Assembly: GCA_963555755.3 (NCBI GenBank)
Contig: OY820905.2
Location: 2,688,001-2,752,000 of the forward strand
Source: Nitrospirales bacterium
Lineage (GTDB): Bacteria; Nitrospirota; Nitrospiria; Nitrospirales; UBA8639
DNA: 64,000 nt
Reading direction: 5' to 3'
Position 1 is the stretch's first letter, and every line of letters starts with the position of its first letter. Positions 1 through 9,984 of the stretch are shown piece by piece. The position numbers and the translations under genes are program-made. Below the pieces are notes generated by a model. It was given only the letters and a program-made list of their open reading frames with translations, was not told the origin of the DNA and searched no databases.

Positions 1-114
1 GTTAAAACTGACCAAATGTGTTTTCTCAAACGCCGTTGGCATGACCCGTTCAAAAAAAACCTCTGGCAAGCGGGTATAGGTGTTGTCAAAGTTCAAATGT
101 TCGAGTTTCTTCAT
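1..114 (-). CDS. selO: N-terminus of SelO/YdiU family protein adenylyltransferase (runs off window)
   Basis: Manual translation from ATG at 114 gives MKKLEHLNFDNTYTRLPEVFFERVMPTAFEKTHLVSFN, matching the YdiU N-terminal pattern FDNTYxRLP. Confidence 0.75.
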   Translation of the reverse strand, partial: MKKLEHLNFDNTYTRLPEVFFERVMPTAFEKTHLVSFN

Positions 115-203
115 AAGTCCATTATCTTCCACGATAGAGCCAGCCGCAAGTGAAGGGTTTGCACAATACGGCCTCACACTGAAAGTTGAGATTTTACAAT
201 AAT

Positions 204-674
204 TCAAAACACCTTCCTTAAACGATCAAGACAGCCATTCCACCCTTCGTTGTGCTTCTCACGAGTCTCGGCATCAGGGAATTGCTCATGGGTAAGAATC
301 AATTCAGTCTCCCCATCCCGATTTCGAAATTCTACCGTGACCAGGGTTTCTATAGGCGAACCCGATTCGGTACCACCACAACCGCCGCCCGCTTCCCAAG
401 CCCAGGTGAACACGAGTTTTTCAGGGGCGACAATTTCTTTGTACATTCCTCCCACAATATGCGTTTCACCATTCGGCGCGATCATCTGAATTCGGTACTT
501 TCCCCCTACACGTAGGTCTACTTCGGCCTCCGGAGTTTTAAAGTCATCCGTAGGGCCGAACCATTGTTTCAGGGTTTCTGGGTTCGTCCACGCTTCAAAG
601 ACTGTTTCCCGGTTGGCTTGATAGGTCCTCTTGATTTGGAGTGTGGTCTGGTTGGTTTCTGTGGTGTTGCCCAT
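204..674 (-). CDS. SRPBCC/AHSA1 (START-like) domain protein
   Basis: IKRTYQANRETVFEAWTNPETLKQWFGP...DLRVGGKY...HNEGW motifs; ATG 674 preceded by GGAGAG. Confidence 0.9.
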   Translation of the reverse strand: MGNTTETNQTTLQIKRTYQANRETVFEAWTNPETLKQWFGPTDDFKTPEAEVDLRVGGKYRIQMIAPNGETHIVGGMYKEIVAPEKLVFTWAWEAGGGCGGTESGSPIETLVTVEFRNRDGETELILTHEQFPDAETREKHNEGWNGCLDRLRKVF

Positions 675-1030
675 GATGGTCTCTCCTTTGCCTGTGATGA
701 ATCCGGTAATTGCGAAAGATAGTGTCCCAACGCGTCCAATTGTTGTTCCCAAAATTGTTGATGGAAAGTAAACCAATCCTGCGCTTCCTGGAGTGGCACA
801 GTATTTAAACGGCAGTGATGCACACGGCCTTCCTTTTTTCTGAGGAGCAACCCGGCTTGTTCAAGAATGCGAAGATGCTTGGAGATCGCTGGGAGTGACA
901 CATGAAATGGTTTGGCCAACTCCTTGACCGTGGCACTCCCGGCAGCAAGCCGCTGCACAATGGCCCGGCGTGTGGGATCGGCAAGTGCCGCAAACGTAAA
1001 ATCCAGTGGTGCGCGACAATAGTTAACCAT
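569..1030 (-). CDS. ArsR/SmtB family transcriptional regulator
   Basis: FAALADPTRRAI...SLPAISKHLRILEQAGL winged HTH; typical partner of SRPBCC genes. Confidence 0.9.
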   Translation of the reverse strand: MVNYCRAPLDFTFAALADPTRRAIVQRLAAGSATVKELAKPFHVSLPAISKHLRILEQAGLLLRKKEGRVHHCRLNTVPLQEAQDWFTFHQQFWEQQLDALGHYLSQLPDSSQAKERPSWATPQKPTRPHSKSRGPIKPTGKQSLKRGRTQKP

Positions 1031-1042
1031 ATGGTTAACTAT
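1019..1042. promoter_or_regulatory. Perfect 24-bp palindrome, probable ArsR autoregulatory operator
   Basis: ATAGTTAACCATATGGTTAACTAT is its own reverse complement and covers the ArsR start codon. Confidence 0.8.
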
Positions 1043-1120
1043 AAGCCACGGTCCCTCTTCCCGTCAAGCCCTCCCTCATCCTTTTTTAGGTCATACCAAT
1101 GAACGGAAAAATATGGGATA

Positions 1121-2620
1121 GTGGGACCCATGAAACAGCCGTGCGGTTTGACCTTTTCAGTAATTCTCTTCAGCGGATTCTTTCTTTTTTCATTTCCTGT
1201 CTACGCGACCGATGTACCCAACGCCCCTGATCCAACCCGAATGGTGAAAGACATTCAAGCGTTAAGCCATCCTGACCTTTTAGGACGACAAACCGGAACC
1301 ATAGGCGGATTTGCATCAGCCGAATACGTTGCCAACCGCTTCCACCAGTTGGGGCTCACACCAAGCGGAAATATTCCTTCCTACAACCATATTTTTGAAC
1401 CATGGTACCAAATCGCACCAGTTACAAGCTCCCATATTGAGGCTCCAGCAATTTTTGAAATTTTCTCCCCCACAGTATCCGGAGAGGCTTCAACTGTGAC
1501 CCTTCAATTGGGTTCACTGTTTTTGCCAGTCCTCGATTCCCCTTCGATCAATGTGACCGTTCCCATCGTTTTTGTGGGCTATGGCATCTCAGACCCTGCG
1601 CGTGGGTGGGATGAATATGAAGGATTAGATGTTCGAAATCGTGTTGTGATGTTCTTAAGAGGGAAACCCCCTCACTACCCTCTCCACATTCAGCACTTAG
1701 AAAAAGAACGGATCGCTCGTGAAAAAGGAGCTATTGGATTTATCACACTCACCGGTCCGCTGTTGAGTCGCTACGCCGCACGTCGCCGAATGGGGCACCA
1801 ACCTTTGGCGTTTTATACCAATGCAAAAAATGAAAGACCGTTATCTGGAGTATGGATTAGCGGAGAGGTTGGTTCGGAAATATTTCAAGCACAAGGATTG
1901 TCCTTACAAGACATTCAAGAAACCCTCAACAAAAAACGCATAGTTCAATCGAGAGAGCTTCAGACCCTCGTGCGTATGCAATGGGAGAGCGACCAACATG
2001 CAGGGTCCCTCGTGAATGTCCTGGGCATGATTCCCGGAAGCGATCCCATCTTGAAACACGAAACCGTCATCCTTGGAGCCCATCGTGATCATTTTGGAAA
2101 ACAAGCCGGCCTTCTGTTTCCCGGAGCCGATGACAACGCCTCCGGCACGGCCTTGCTGTTGGAAATCGCCCGAGTTCTCATGAAGGGCCAAGCGCCAAAA
2201 CGAACCATTCTCTTTGCATCCTTTAGTGGGGAAGAACAAAACCTGTTGGGATCAAGTTGGTACGTACAGCATTCCACACGGTCATTGAATAAAACCGTTG
2301 CGATGATCAACGTCGATCATATGGGCATTGGCAATGGCCAATTAACCGTCGGCGTGTCAAAGATGCCCAAAGATGTGGCCCAACTCGCGGCAGAGAAAGA
2401 AGGTCTATCGGACAAAGTAACGTTGTATGGCTTCTTCCCCGGCGGCGATCATGTGCCATTCGCAAAAGCCGGCATTCCCACCATCGCCGTCGTCACCGCC
2501 GGCAAACATTCACACTTTCACCAACCCTCTGACACCGCTGATACCATTCAGCCTGAAATGCTTAACACCGCCGCACGCTTTGTTCTCGGAATTACACAAC
2601 GGTTAGCCAATCCTGATTGA
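1121..2620 (+). CDS. Exported M28 family peptidase with PA domain (start may be ATG 1130)
   Basis: Signal peptide; GAHRDH, PGADDNASG, FSGEEQ, INVDH, GGDH and FHQPSDT zinc-peptidase motifs. Confidence 0.9.
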   Translation: MGPMKQPCGLTFSVILFSGFFLFSFPVYATDVPNAPDPTRMVKDIQALSHPDLLGRQTGTIGGFASAEYVANRFHQLGLTPSGNIPSYNHIFEPWYQIAPVTSSHIEAPAIFEIFSPTVSGEASTVTLQLGSLFLPVLDSPSINVTVPIVFVGYGISDPARGWDEYEGLDVRNRVVMFLRGKPPHYPLHIQHLEKERIAREKGAIGFITLTGPLLSRYAARRRMGHQPLAFYTNAKNERPLSGVWISGEVGSEIFQAQGLSLQDIQETLNKKRIVQSRELQTLVRMQWESDQHAGSLVNVLGMIPGSDPILKHETVILGAHRDHFGKQAGLLFPGADDNASGTALLLEIARVLMKGQAPKRTILFASFSGEEQNLLGSSWYVQHSTRSLNKTVAMINVDHMGIGNGQLTVGVSKMPKDVAQLAAEKEGLSDKVTLYGFFPGGDHVPFAKAGIPTIAVVTAGKHSHFHQPSDTADTIQPEMLNTAARFVLGITQRLANPD

Positions 2621-2638
2621 TTGAAAAATATTTATTAT

Positions 2639-2824
2639 GCAGGGTTTCGCCCCTGCAGACGAGCACTTTTGTTTCGGCAAAAGTGCCCAAAACCATTCTC
2701 GCCCGTGCGCGGCCCTCCGGGTGCCTCCGCCTCCGTACCGAATAAGAGGGCGAGGGAACTCGCTGCGCTCAAACAGCCCTCGGCGAGAAGCCGATTCGGT
2801 ACGAAGGCTCCGCCGCGCCCAACG
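2639..2824 (+). repeat. Multi-hairpin dispersed repeat, family A copy 1
   Basis: Homologous to reverse-strand copies at 3101-3310 and 4347-4481. Confidence 0.8.
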
Positions 2825-2880
2825 CGAAGACCAAAGATCGAGGCAGAAAATGAAGAAGCAACCTTACAGAACGATCGAAG

Positions 2881-2951
2881 GTCATTTCGAGCGGAGCGAG
2901 AAATCTCCCCTCATTGTCGAACGAGAGATTTCTCCCAAGGGTCGAAATGAC
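2881..2951. repeat. REP-like palindromic element
   Basis: Nested inverted repeats GTCATTTCGA/TCGAAATGAC and AGAAATCTC/GAGATTTCT. Confidence 0.7.
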
Positions 2952-3100
2952 AAAGGAGGGATTGAAGTGACAGAGGGAAAAACCTTGATTCTTGATTCAT
3001 GATGTCTGGAATAACGGCAGGAAAACGTGATGGGCTGCAACTAACCGACTCTGCTTCTACCATCCCAAACAGGATAAAGTCCCTTCTCTCCTGCCTTCGT

Positions 3101-3310
3101 GCACGGCGGAGCCGAAGCACCGAATCGACTTTTCGGCGAAGGCTGTTTGAGCGGAGCGAGTTCCTGAGCCATCTTGATTCGGTGCGGAGGCGGAGGCATC
3201 CTGGAGACCCAGCTTCTGAGCAGGGTCGGAGGGAGCGCGCACGGGCAAAAATGGTTTTGGTTCCTTTTGCCGAAACAAAAGGGACTCGTCGCGCGGGCGC
3301 GAAAGCCCGC
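3101..3310 (-). repeat. Family A copy 2
   Basis: Reverse-complement homologue of 2639-2824. Confidence 0.8.
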
Positions 3311-3322
3311 ATAAGAAAATTT

Positions 3323-4288
3323 CTATTCAGCTTTCCGTCGTCGCCAAAGACTTGCCAACAGTGGTCCTGTCACATTGTGCCAAATGCTAAATATCGCCCC
3401 AGGCACCGCAGCCATTGGCCCAAAATGGGCGATCGCTAACGCGACGGCGAGTCCGGAATTTTGCATGCCGACTTCAATCGCAACGGTTCGACGTTGTTGA
3501 TTCGTGGCTTTCTTGAATCCCGAGCCCCAATAACCCAGAGATAACCCCAGTGCATTGTGAGCTATCACTGCGATCAACACCACACCAGCGACATTCAGAT
3601 GATCATGATTTAACCCCACAATCACACCGACGATCCAGGCAATGATCATCATCGAGAGAATGGGAAGAATGCCTTCAAGCAACCATGGGCCTGGTTGCCA
3701 GAACCGACGCACGGTAATTCCTGACACGACAGGTAACAGCACGATCTTCATGACCGTCCATAACAGTGGGAGCGGATCAATCGACACCCACGTGGATGCA
3801 AGAATCCAAATCCACAGGGGAGTCAAGATAGGACTGAGTAATGTTGAAACCGTTGTCATGCCCACAGACAACGCCACATCACCTCGCGCGAGATAGGCCA
3901 CCACATTTGACGCGGTTCCACCTGGACACGTGCCAACTAAAATGAGGCCGAGGGCTAACAGTTTCGGCAGACCCAAGACCATCGCGATGCTCCAGGCACC
4001 AAGCGGCATCACCAAATACTGCAACCCGACTCCCACCAGCAGGATGCGGCCTGAATACCGAAGATTGAGCACATCGTGATGCGTCAGCGTGAGCCCCATG
4101 CCAAGCATCACCGCGGCGAGAGCTTCCGGAATCCAGGTTTTGCCCGATGCCGCAGATTCAGGAGCCAACCATCCCCACGCCGCTCCGAGCAACACCCACA
4201 CCACAAACCCGTCTTGGATAAGCCTCACCCAAGACGGAATAACAGATTGTGAGGAAAGTGGAACTTTTGGAGTAATAGGCGAAGTCAC
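3323..4288 (-). CDS. Bile acid:sodium symporter (BASS) family transporter
   Basis: MLGMGLTL, CPGGTASNV and EVGMQNSGLA motifs; about 9-10 TM segments. Confidence 0.9.
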   Translation of the reverse strand: MTSPITPKVPLSSQSVIPSWVRLIQDGFVVWVLLGAAWGWLAPESAASGKTWIPEALAAVMLGMGLTLTHHDVLNLRYSGRILLVGVGLQYLVMPLGAWSIAMVLGLPKLLALGLILVGTCPGGTASNVVAYLARGDVALSVGMTTVSTLLSPILTPLWIWILASTWVSIDPLPLLWTVMKIVLLPVVSGITVRRFWQPGPWLLEGILPILSMMIIAWIVGVIVGLNHDHLNVAGVVLIAVIAHNALGLSLGYWGSGFKKATNQQRRTVAIEVGMQNSGLAVALAIAHFGPMAAVPGAIFSIWHNVTGPLLASLWRRRKAE

Positions 4289-4346
4289 AACACGAACTCT
4301 TATTCTAAGATTGCGCTAACAACTACCGAAGCTCAATTTCTCTATT

Positions 4347-4481
4347 CGTTGGGCGCGGCGGAGCCGCAGCCCCGAATCGACCTTTCGGCGAGGACTGGCT
4401 GAGCGTAGCGAGTTTCCGAGCCATCTTGATTCGGGGTGGTGGACCAGGCACCCGCAGGACCGCGCGGGGGCGAAACCCTGC
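4347..4481 (-). repeat. Family A copy 3 (internally deleted)
   Basis: Shares both ends with copies 1 and 2. Confidence 0.75.
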
Positions 4482-4546
4482 AAAATAAAATTCCTGGATA
4501 AATTAAAAGCTATGAATTAATCGTTAACCTTTTTGCCTCGCAATTT

Positions 4547-5854
4547 TCAACGATTGGAAAAACGATGCGCCAACCACCCACACCCTGCCCCAAACACACA
4601 TGCTGCTGCCGCAAGATACCAAATCCCCGCATACCCCTCCACCGTTCCGGTTGCTCCCGACGCCCACGCCATTCCGACATACCCACTCACGGATAAGGCG
4701 ATTGCTCCGGCGAACTGCCCAACCATATTGATCCATCCAAGTGCATGACCGGTCCGATGATCTCCCCATCGGTCAGCCACGGCCGCATTTAGAATGGGAA
4801 AGGCATGTAAGGTGAAACCCAAGAGCAACGCCACCGCACCTAACATCAAGGAAGATCCCAGGGGCAAGGTTAAACAACTCACTGAGAGGGCCCCTAACCC
4901 TAACACGACTGATGCACACAGGAATCGACTGACGCCATGGGCTAACAAGTGATCCGACATTTTGCCCAACAAAGGGCTTCCAACAACGTGTCCTACCGTA
5001 TACACCGTTCCAATCACCCCTGCGGCAATCACGGCGTCAGCCTGGCTATATCCCTGTTCCACTCGATACCATTCACTCGCAAAAATTATCAGCCATCCTG
5101 GCACTAACCGGAGGGCAATAATCCCCGCTGCAAAATATCCGCCCAGACACCAAAGGACAGGATCTTTGATGATGGAATGTGCAACAGGGTGTATTGCTGT
5201 AGTGTTGGTTGATTGCGTCAGTACTGACGGTTCACGTGTGGTTTCTATGTGTGGCGAATAGGACCGAAGGAAGATCCAACACGCCAACCCCAAAACCGCG
5301 ACGATCAGCGCTACAATCCCCATGGCTCCCCGCCACCCAGAAACCGGAAGCATGGAACTGTCAAGAACATACACATGGAGAAGAGGGAGCAACAAAAACG
5401 CCGTGGTCTGCCCCAATCCTCCACCCAATCCATAGTACATCCCATTAGCCATTCCTCGATCCTCCGAGGCGAACCAATGACTCAACATGCTCGCAACTGG
5501 CACAAACACACTAGCAGATACGAGGCCTATCACCATCCGCCATCCCACAGCTTCGCCAAAAGATTGCGCCAAAGAAAATCCCATCAACCCGGCTGCCGAA
5601 AACAACACGCCTATCGAGATCACCGTTCGCCCACCCCATCGATCGGCACTTTTCCCCCACGGGATTTGTGCAACAGCGTAGGTATAAAAAAACGCGCTAC
5701 CCATTAGACCCAGGTTGGCCTTATCTAACTGCAGATCATCACTAATAAAGGAAGCAAGACCCGTGTAACTCCAACGCGTGAGATACGATGTGGCATAAGC
5801 CAAGACCCCACACACCAAAATCACCCACCGATATGAATGGCCCCTTGGCGACAT
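4547..5854 (-). CDS. MFS transporter
   Basis: About 12 TM; GKSADRWGGR motif A; likely start MSPRGHS at 5854. Confidence 0.9.
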   Translation of the reverse strand: MSPRGHSYRWVILVCGVLAYATSYLTRWSYTGLASFISDDLQLDKANLGLMGSAFFYTYAVAQIPWGKSADRWGGRTVISIGVLFSAAGLMGFSLAQSFGEAVGWRMVIGLVSASVFVPVASMLSHWFASEDRGMANGMYYGLGGGLGQTTAFLLLPLLHVYVLDSSMLPVSGWRGAMGIVALIVAVLGLACWIFLRSYSPHIETTREPSVLTQSTNTTAIHPVAHSIIKDPVLWCLGGYFAAGIIALRLVPGWLIIFASEWYRVEQGYSQADAVIAAGVIGTVYTVGHVVGSPLLGKMSDHLLAHGVSRFLCASVVLGLGALSVSCLTLPLGSSLMLGAVALLLGFTLHAFPILNAAVADRWGDHRTGHALGWINMVGQFAGAIALSVSGYVGMAWASGATGTVEGYAGIWYLAAAACVFGAGCGWLAHRFSNR

Positions 5855-6010
5855 ACCACCCCTCGCTCTGCACATAGGATTGTTTGAGAAATGCGGCCGG
5901 TTTAAGAACAACGCACACGAGCCGGAATCTGCACGAAGGCAGGAGGCCACAGTACCACAGGAGACAGACTGTTTACATGGAAGAGGGGCTATGGGATTTC
6001 GAAGAGAAGA

Positions 6011-7729
6011 TTAATTCATCGCCGACGCGATGACACGGCCACTCTGGAGAACCGGCATCAGGGCCTCAAGAGATTGAGGCCTGGCAAACAAGAAACCTTG
6101 CGCGCGGTCACAGTCGTAAGCTTTGAGAAATTTAACTTGTTCCATGGTTTCCACGCCTTCCGCCAACACGGACAATCCCAAGCTGTGCCCCATGTCAATC
6201 ATAGACGCCACCAGGCTGGCATTATGCCCATTGTGAGGAAGGTCTTGGATAAACGACCGATCGATTTTCAGAGTATCGATGGGGAAGGTCTTGAGGTAGC
6301 GGAGGGAAGAATAGCCTGTCCCAAAATCATCGATGGAAATTTTCACGCCCATCTTTTTTATTTGGTCTAACATGGAGGTATAATCCATGGAGTCATCCAT
6401 AAACACATTCTCGGTCAACTCCAGTTCCAACATGTCGGGAGCCAGTTCGGATTCCTCCAACACTTTCTGGATCTTGGCGACCAAATCTTTATGACGGAAT
6501 TGCCGACCAGACACATTGACGGCAACTGGGATCTCAGCCATACCTTCTCGACAGATTCTCCCAATATCCGTACAGGCTTTCTGTAGAACCCACTGGCCAA
6601 GTCGATCAATAAACCCAATTTGTTCGGTAATGGGAATGAATTGCCCCGGCGGGATCACTCCTTTGGTGGGATGCTGCCATCGAACCAAGGATTCCAACCC
6701 AATGATTCGGCAAGTGTTGAGATCGACGAGCGGTTGATAGTGCAGAAAAAATTCCTCTTTGGCCAATCCCTGACGGAGATCGTTAGCCAACGACGATCGA
6801 CTGGCAACCTGCGCACCCATTCCACCCAAATAGTACTGATGGGCATTGCCTCCCTGATGTTTTGCTTGATACATCGCAATATCCGCATGTTGCAACAAGG
6901 TGCCTTCCGCATTATCGTCGAAGGGGAAAACCGTAATGCCCACCGACGCGCTGGTGAAAATTTCACGATTCTCAATAAGAAACGGTTCCGCAAGGTTGTG
7001 CAAGATCCGCTTCGCAACGATGCTGACCTGTTGAATGCTCGCAATGTCTTCCAGCACCAACGAAAACTCATCACCACCCATCCGAAACACCGTATCGCAT
7101 TCCCGCACACAAGTCCGCAGACGATCGGCCACATGTTGTAGCAACACATCTCCTGCATAATGTCCAATGGAGTCATTAATATTTTTGAAATGGTCCAGAT
7201 CGACAAACAAGAGCGCCACGAGATGTTCCGACCGTCGCGCCCGTTTGATCGCATTCCCAAACCGGTCAAAAAACAAACTCCGGTTGGGCAATCCGGTGAG
7301 CTGATCATAGTGCGCTAAAAAGGCCAGATGCTGCTGAGATCGTGTCCGTTCAATGCTATAGCGAATCGCCCGATTGAGGGACTCCATATCAATGGAACCT
7401 TTCACCAGGTAATCCTGAGCACCAAGTTGAACGGCCTCAACCGCGAGCGCTTCATCGACCACGCCACTCCAAATAAGGATAGGAATATCCGGCGCCAGCG
7501 CCTTGATGCGATGAAAGGTATCCAGCCCTTGGGAATCCGGAAGCATCAGGTCTAACAGGATGGCATCCACGGTCACCCCTTCGAGTTTTTCCAGGCCGGC
7601 ACTCAAACACTCTGCGTGGATGAGTTCAACCTTGGCGCTTCTTTTCCCAACTAAGGCTTTCTTCACCCACAGTGTATCACTGGGATTATGTTCAACTAAT
7701 AACACTCGTGTGATGGATGACTCAGACAT
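6011..7729 (-). CDS. REC-GGDEF-EAL c-di-GMP signalling protein
   Basis: Receiver (LLDLMLPD), RMGGDEF, and EAL-domain ESLVRW, DDFGTGYSSL, AEGVE. Confidence 0.93.
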   Translation of the reverse strand: MSESSITRVLLVEHNPSDTLWVKKALVGKRSAKVELIHAECLSAGLEKLEGVTVDAILLDLMLPDSQGLDTFHRIKALAPDIPILIWSGVVDEALAVEAVQLGAQDYLVKGSIDMESLNRAIRYSIERTRSQQHLAFLAHYDQLTGLPNRSLFFDRFGNAIKRARRSEHLVALLFVDLDHFKNINDSIGHYAGDVLLQHVADRLRTCVRECDTVFRMGGDEFSLVLEDIASIQQVSIVAKRILHNLAEPFLIENREIFTSASVGITVFPFDDNAEGTLLQHADIAMYQAKHQGGNAHQYYLGGMGAQVASRSSLANDLRQGLAKEEFFLHYQPLVDLNTCRIIGLESLVRWQHPTKGVIPPGQFIPITEQIGFIDRLGQWVLQKACTDIGRICREGMAEIPVAVNVSGRQFRHKDLVAKIQKVLEESELAPDMLELELTENVFMDDSMDYTSMLDQIKKMGVKISIDDFGTGYSSLRYLKTFPIDTLKIDRSFIQDLPHNGHNASLVASMIDMGHSLGLSVLAEGVETMEQVKFLKAYDCDRAQGFLFARPQSLEALMPVLQSGRVIASAMN

Positions 7730-8299
7730 AAGAAAATATGAATCCTTGGTCACTGAGCAATGCAATTTTTCTATAAATTTTCTACGAGGAATACAGTAAC
7801 TTCGGCAGGCCTATTCTCAGACTTAACCCAACAAAATATGGGAAAACGCGCCTCTGATTCATTGCCAGCGCATGAGATTTTTCACCTATTACTGTGAGCT
7901 TTCAGCTTGATTTTCGCTGTTCGATGACTTGCCTGTCTTGCCACCATTTTTCATCCCCCTCCAAACGTAAAGCGCAAAAGGTCTTGGAGAAAATATGGAC
8001 TTCAAACCATCAAGAAGAATTTCCAAAAGACAGCAACGTGAAGAACGAAAACCAGAAGTACAAAAAGAGATTGTTTTCTTATGAGACGGAACCCAACAGA
8101 CCGCCATGATGAGAGGATGATAATGAAAAAATAATCATCGCCCCAAGCACCGTGGCATTCAGAGGAAAAATTGATTTGAAAATCCCCCTAACCCTCTCCT
8201 CCAAAGGGGAGACTCCTGGCTTACCGAACGCATTTCCGCTGAAAATACACTTTTACCATTATGAATCTGAAACCAAAAACGGTTTGACAAGCGGCTGGC

Positions 8300-8945
8300 T
8301 AGGTCCTGATAAAAGGCTCGGCAGGACCTGACATATTCAGGCAGGTAAGGGGCGAAGAAATAATCCCGACACCAGGATTGTGAAGTAGGGGTCCGTCAGG
8401 AAATAACCGGGACAATTGGCCGAGACGATTTTGGAGTGAGCCAAGGAGCGATGAGCGACGCCGGTGCAGCCCAAAAGCGTCCGGCCCTACGGGGAGGCCC
8501 ATCTTTGGCCCAGTGCGTCGTGGCTCCTCAGTCACAGAGTCCCGCTATGCTCCCTTGTCGCGCCTTGGCCTGATCACAAATCTGGGTCACCCAATTGACC
8601 CGGTTATTTCGTGACGGACCCTCAGAATGCCCCGTTGTTCAAAAGGGATGATATACGAAAAGGCCTCGAACCGATCTCCTTCCTGAGTCTGCACGGTGAG
8701 CAGCTCCCGCCTGTACCTCTCATCCTCAAATTCGTCGAGGATGTGGAGAGTCTTCGAATCCACGCCCTCATACAGTCGGCCTGAAGTCGTTTCCCCCTTG
8801 GCTGGAGTCATGCCTGGATACACACAGTCCTGGATCAAATCGCGGACAATATCTTTTGGCGTGGGTTCGCGAGAAGCAAAAACCTGGCCGGTCACCGCCT
8901 CCATCACTTCAGGGATTTCTAACGTCCCGCAGGTAAATGGCGTGA
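8300..8945 (-). pseudogene. Gamma-glutamylcyclotransferase (AIG2-like) gene split by a MITE; boundaries approximate
   Basis: FTCGTL..EVMEAVTG..YPG..LDEFE motifs; frame continues beyond the MITE as TSQSWCRDYFFAPYLPEYVRSCRAFY. Confidence 0.7.
8389..8621. mobile_element. MITE family B
   Basis: About 31-bp TIR GGGTCCGTCA(C/G)GAAATAACCGGG(A/T)CAATTGG; second copy at 19524-19786. Confidence 0.85.
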
Positions 8946-9107
8946 GGCTAACCCAAAATGTGAAGTGAGAACAGCCTGCGGACCTTGAAAGTTCCTGAAG
9001 TTTCATATTTCTTTTTTCATATTGATTCATCTTAGCAAGGTCGCGGCGGAACTTCCGAGAGTAGTATTTAGAAGGAGAGGCAAACCTTTTTGCCCAGTCA
9101 ACTTGCC

Positions 9108-9980
9108 ATGGCCAACATTGAACAATTCACCATTCTGAAGCAAGGGGTCTCAACGTGGAATGCCTGGCACGCGGAACACCCTGACGTCCAAGTCGATCTG
9201 AATCAAGCTCCATTGCGTGGAATGAGACTCGTTGGCGTGAACCTTGAAGGGGCGTTACTGATTGACGCAGACCTTCAGGGAACAGACTTGAGCCATGCTA
9301 ACCTGGCACGGGCCAATCTCAGCGGCGGGAACCTCTCGGACGCACAGTGCCAAGCTATCTGTTTGGACCAAGCCCTGCTTGTGAGAGCGAATCTCAGGAA
9401 AACCAATTTCGATGAGGCACAGCTCTGGTTAGGGCAAATGGGTGGTGCAACATTATGTGAGGCTTCACTCGTCAGAGCCAAAATGGTCAACGCCACGTTG
9501 GCGAAAGCCAATTTGGCTTATGCCAGCCTCAATGCCGCTGACTTGAGTTTTGCTCTGTTAGGTGAGGCCGTTCTGACCGAAGCCAATTTTGCACGCGCTA
9601 ATCTATGGAAGGCCAACCTGGAAGGCGCGCACCTGGAAGGCGCCAATTTCCGATACACCAATCTTCAAAAAGCAAATCTGGCTCGGTGTGTATTACAAGG
9701 AACGAATCTCGCTCGGGCCAATCTTGCTTATGCGAGTCTTTTTCAAGCCGACTTGATGTCGGCCGATGTAGCCAAAACAAACTTCCAGCACGCGATTTTG
9801 GTGGATACCGATCTGAGAGGAGTCAATCTCACACAAGTGGCAGGGGTCAGTTCCGGACAACTTCGAGTGGCCCTGACCGACGAAACCACTCACCCCCCCT
9901 GCGAATTAGTCGTGCCTGAGGAAGATTGTTGGGGTGAGACACCGAAGCCATGTTGGCTACCGCCTCAACTAGTCGCCTAA
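9108..9980 (+). CDS. Pentapeptide repeat protein
   Basis: ILKQGVSTWNAW N-terminus followed by long A(N/D)Lxx repeats. Confidence 0.92.
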   Translation: MANIEQFTILKQGVSTWNAWHAEHPDVQVDLNQAPLRGMRLVGVNLEGALLIDADLQGTDLSHANLARANLSGGNLSDAQCQAICLDQALLVRANLRKTNFDEAQLWLGQMGGATLCEASLVRAKMVNATLAKANLAYASLNAADLSFALLGEAVLTEANFARANLWKANLEGAHLEGANFRYTNLQKANLARCVLQGTNLARANLAYASLFQADLMSADVAKTNFQHAILVDTDLRGVNLTQVAGVSSGQLRVALTDETTHPPCELVVPEEDCWGETPKPCWLPPQLVA

Positions 9981-9984
9981 GGGC

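Noticed and set aside
2621..3439. Several 70-150 aa ORFs between the M28 and BASS genes
   Set aside because: They are translations of GC-rich family A repeats
7730..8300. c-di-GMP riboswitch upstream of the GGDEF-EAL gene
   Set aside because: No convincing GEMM motif by eye; an Infernal/Rfam scan would be needed
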